Program-made: the position numbers and the translations under genes
Part shown: one piece after another, positions 61,617 through 64,000 of the stretch
How the letters are laid out: each line of letters opens with the position of its first letter
Numbering within the stretch: position 1 is the stretch's first letter
Notes under the pieces: model-generated
Database searches by the model: none
What the model was told of the DNA's origin: nothing
What the model saw: only the letters and a program-made list of their open reading frames with translations
Assembly (NCBI GenBank): GCA_965197585.1
Contig: OZ240215.1
Span: 928,001-992,000, forward strand
Origin: Dehalococcoidia bacterium
GTDB lineage: Bacteria > Chloroflexota > Dehalococcoidia > Plut-88900
Length of the DNA: 64,000 nt
Direction: 5' to 3'

Positions 61617-62843
61617 CTAGATAATACCTTGCTCCTGGAGGTGGGCAATCTCGGCGTCAGATAAGGCGAGGGTTTCGCGGAGAACCTCGGTGGTGTGCTC
61701 TCCTAGAATAGGTGCCCGGCTAGGCGATTCATCCTTGGCCCAAGGCGCCAGTGGCGTGCCGGGATATTTGAGGTTTCCCGCGACGGGGTGATCGGCCTCA
61801 CGGAAGAAGGTGCGGGCCTCGTTCTGGGGATCGGACATGACCTCTGGGATGGACTGGACCTTGGTGAATGGTATGCGCAGCTCTTGGGAGAGCGCGTAGA
61901 CCTCTTGGCGGGTCAGGTCTTTCATCCAGTCGACGACCAGTTCGTCAATCTCGTCGGCGTGGCCCGCCATTGCAGTCATCAGGTCATCCTCGGCGAGACG
62001 GTCGTTGCCCGTGAGCGTTGCGAGACCATCCGGGAATGAGGGGGAGTAGTGGATGTGCATCCAGCCGTCCTTGCAGGGGAGGAGGGTGGAAGGGTAGGGG
62101 GCGCGATGGCTGGTGTGGATGAGCCGAGTGCCCTGCCGGCGGGGGAGGACGTTCTCGCGCTCGAACAAGGAGTAGTAAGAGACGCCTTCGAATGTGGAAG
62201 CTATAGCCTCGACGGTCGAAACATCGACGTATTGCCCTTCGCCGGTGAGGTCTCGGTAGTTGAGGGAGGCGAGAACAGCCATGGCGGCGGAGATGCCCCC
62301 GTGGTACTCGGACTGGTAGCCACCGGCCTTGAGTGGTTCACGGTCGGAGTCGCCTGTAATGTACATGTATCCGCTGAAAGCATAGGCCACGATCTCCGAG
62401 CCCTCATATTGGTTGTACGGGCCCTCCTGACCGAAGTATGAGATGGAGGCCATTATCAGCGTCGAGTTGATCTCCGACAGGCTTTCGTAGCCCAGCCCCA
62501 GCCCCGAGAGATAGCCGGGTTTGAAGGACTCAATGATGACGTCTGACTCGGCGATTAGGCACTCTACGATGGGCCGGGCCTCGGGGCGGGCGATGTCAAG
62601 GGTGATGCTCTTCTTGCCCTGGTTGAGATAAAGGAAGGGGGCCGAGGTCTCGGGGTTGGGATCGTCGTGGAGGAAGGGGCCCAGGGACCGGGTGTCGTCT
62701 CCCGTGCCTGGAGGCTCGATTTTGATAACCTCGGCGCCGAGGTCCCGGAGCATCTTGGTGCAGTAGCCGCCTGAGAGCCCGAGGCTCAGGTCAAGGACTT
62801 CAATTCCTTGGAGGGGTCTTTCGGGTGGGGTGGGCGAATTCAT
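61617..62843 (-). CDS. Family III CoA transferase (CaiB/BaiF), partner subunit
   Basis: PLQGIEVLDL, LGAEVIKIEPPG.GD..R, NQGKKSITLD, AP.LGEHT; start set at ATG 62843. Confidence 0.9.
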   Translation of the reverse strand: MNSPTPPERPLQGIEVLDLSLGLSGGYCTKMLRDLGAEVIKIEPPGTGDDTRSLGPFLHDDPNPETSAPFLYLNQGKKSITLDIARPEARPIVECLIAESDVIIESFKPGYLSGLGLGYESLSEINSTLIMASISYFGQEGPYNQYEGSEIVAYAFSGYMYITGDSDREPLKAGGYQSEYHGGISAAMAVLASLNYRDLTGEGQYVDVSTVEAIASTFEGVSYYSLFERENVLPRRQGTRLIHTSHRAPYPSTLLPCKDGWMHIHYSPSFPDGLATLTGNDRLAEDDLMTAMAGHADEIDELVVDWMKDLTRQEVYALSQELRIPFTKVQSIPEVMSDPQNEARTFFREADHPVAGNLKYPGTPLAPWAKDESPSRAPILGEHTTEVLRETLALSDAEIAHLQEQGII

Positions 62844-63023
62844 AGGTTGGGTGGGAGGATAGGCGATGGGTGGATGTTGTGCAAGCGGGGCAAATGGGGG
62901 GATGGATTCACGCCATAGGAGCATCTGCGACCGGCTCGGGGGCCGAGATGACGGTGTGATTGAAGAATGGGGCGGAGAGTATTACCCTTGTCGCACGTTG
63001 TTAACTTCGGAGGGAGGGCTGGT

Positions 63024-64000
63024 ATGGAGAACGTGATTTATTCGTCGGCGAAGACGTTGGCGGGGCTGGTTAGCAAGGGTGAGGTCTCGGCGGTGGAGTT
63101 GGTCGAAGGCTACATGAGCCGCATCGAAGAGGTGAACCCGAAGCTCAACGCGGTGGTGCAGTTCTGCACCGACCGGGCGATGGATGAGGCGAAGGCGGCG
63201 GACGAGTCCCGGGCCAAGGGCGACTCCCTGGGCGCCCTGCACGGAGTCCCGATGACGATCAAAGACTCCCTCGACACACAGGGTGTCATAAGCACGGGCG
63301 GGACCCTCGGCAGGGCCAAGTTCGTGCCCGAAGAGGATGCGACGGTGGTAAAGCGGCTTCGGGAGGCGGGAGCCATCCTGCTGGGGAAGACCAACACGCC
63401 TGAACTAACCCTGCACGGTGAGACGGACAACCTGATCTACGGACGCACCAACAACCCCTACGACTTGGACAGGAACCCGAACGGCAGCAGCGGCGGAGCA
63501 GCGGCAATAGTCTCCTCCGGCGGAGTGCCCTTTGACCTGGGCAGCGACACGGGAGGAAGCATCCGGGCACCGGCCCACGTCTGTGGGATTGCGGGGATCA
63601 AACCGACCTCCGGGCGGGTGTCGAGGACCGGGCACATCGTGCCGTGGGGAATGGGGGCGTTGGACGCGTTGACGACCATCGGACCGATGACTCGGTACGT
63701 TGAAGACCTGGACCTGGTCCTGCGAGTAATTGCGGGGCCGGACGGCCGGGACCCGGGGCTAGTGCCCATGCCTCTGCTTGACCCCTCCGAGGTCTCGATA
63801 AAGGGGCTAAGGGCGGCGTTCCATACCAACAACGGCAACATCGAACCTACGGCGGAAACGAATGCCATGGTCCAGGCTGTGGCCTCGGCGCTGGAGGAGG
63901 CGGGGGTGGAGATTGAGGAATCAGTTCCGGAAGCGCTGAAGCAGGCGACCCGGCTCTACGAAAGCATCGAATACGCCGATGGAGGCGCTTGGATTCAGAG
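63024..64000 (+). CDS. Amidase signature family protein; runs off the window edge
   Basis: Manual translation: MENVIYSSAKTLA...GALHGVPMTIKDS...GKTNTPEL...GRTNNPYD...GSSGG...GSDTGGSIRAPA; GGAGG RBS upstream. Confidence 0.92.
   Translation, partial: MENVIYSSAKTLAGLVSKGEVSAVELVEGYMSRIEEVNPKLNAVVQFCTDRAMDEAKAADESRAKGDSLGALHGVPMTIKDSLDTQGVISTGGTLGRAKFVPEEDATVVKRLREAGAILLGKTNTPELTLHGETDNLIYGRTNNPYDLDRNPNGSSGGAAAIVSSGGVPFDLGSDTGGSIRAPAHVCGIAGIKPTSGRVSRTGHIVPWGMGALDALTTIGPMTRYVEDLDLVLRVIAGPDGRDPGLVPMPLLDPSEVSIKGLRAAFHTNNGNIEPTAETNAMVQAVASALEEAGVEIEESVPEALKQATRLYESIEYADGGAWIQ

Overview
A 64-kb, GC-rich bacterial chromosome segment. The gene content (several LLM-class oxidoreductases, amidohydrolases, family III CoA transferases, VOC proteins, a Rieske oxygenase, homodimeric-type GlyRS) suggests Chloroflexota, probably SAR202/Dehalococcoidia; this is inferred, not database-checked. 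A few housekeeping genes (glyQS, holA, ilvD, ferredoxin) sit among catabolic and transport genes, many as tandem paralog pairs, plus a csoR-YHS-copA copper operon, a VapBC toxin-antitoxin pair and a nonsense-interrupted DUF4268-type nuclease gene. The most unusual signal is non-coding. At least four REP-like hairpin families, each in one orientation, host other mobile DNA: (1) an IS110 element with a readable IS621-like bridge RNA whose guides match the REP and the element's own ends, and whose recombinase takes its stop codon from the target; (2) two inverted IS481 copies inserted at the same REP nucleotide, possibly a composite transposon carrying copA and ilvD; (3) a recurrent 21-22-nt micro-insert (about ACGCCwwwGGCGCATCTnCGAC) at nine sites in three unrelated REP families, once nested in itself, which I cannot assign to a known element class. 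There is also an orphan ~240-nt structured RNA candidate (8442-8677) and an inverted-repeat-bounded array of hairpins with variable loops (35595-35894). All calls are by eye; no searches were run.
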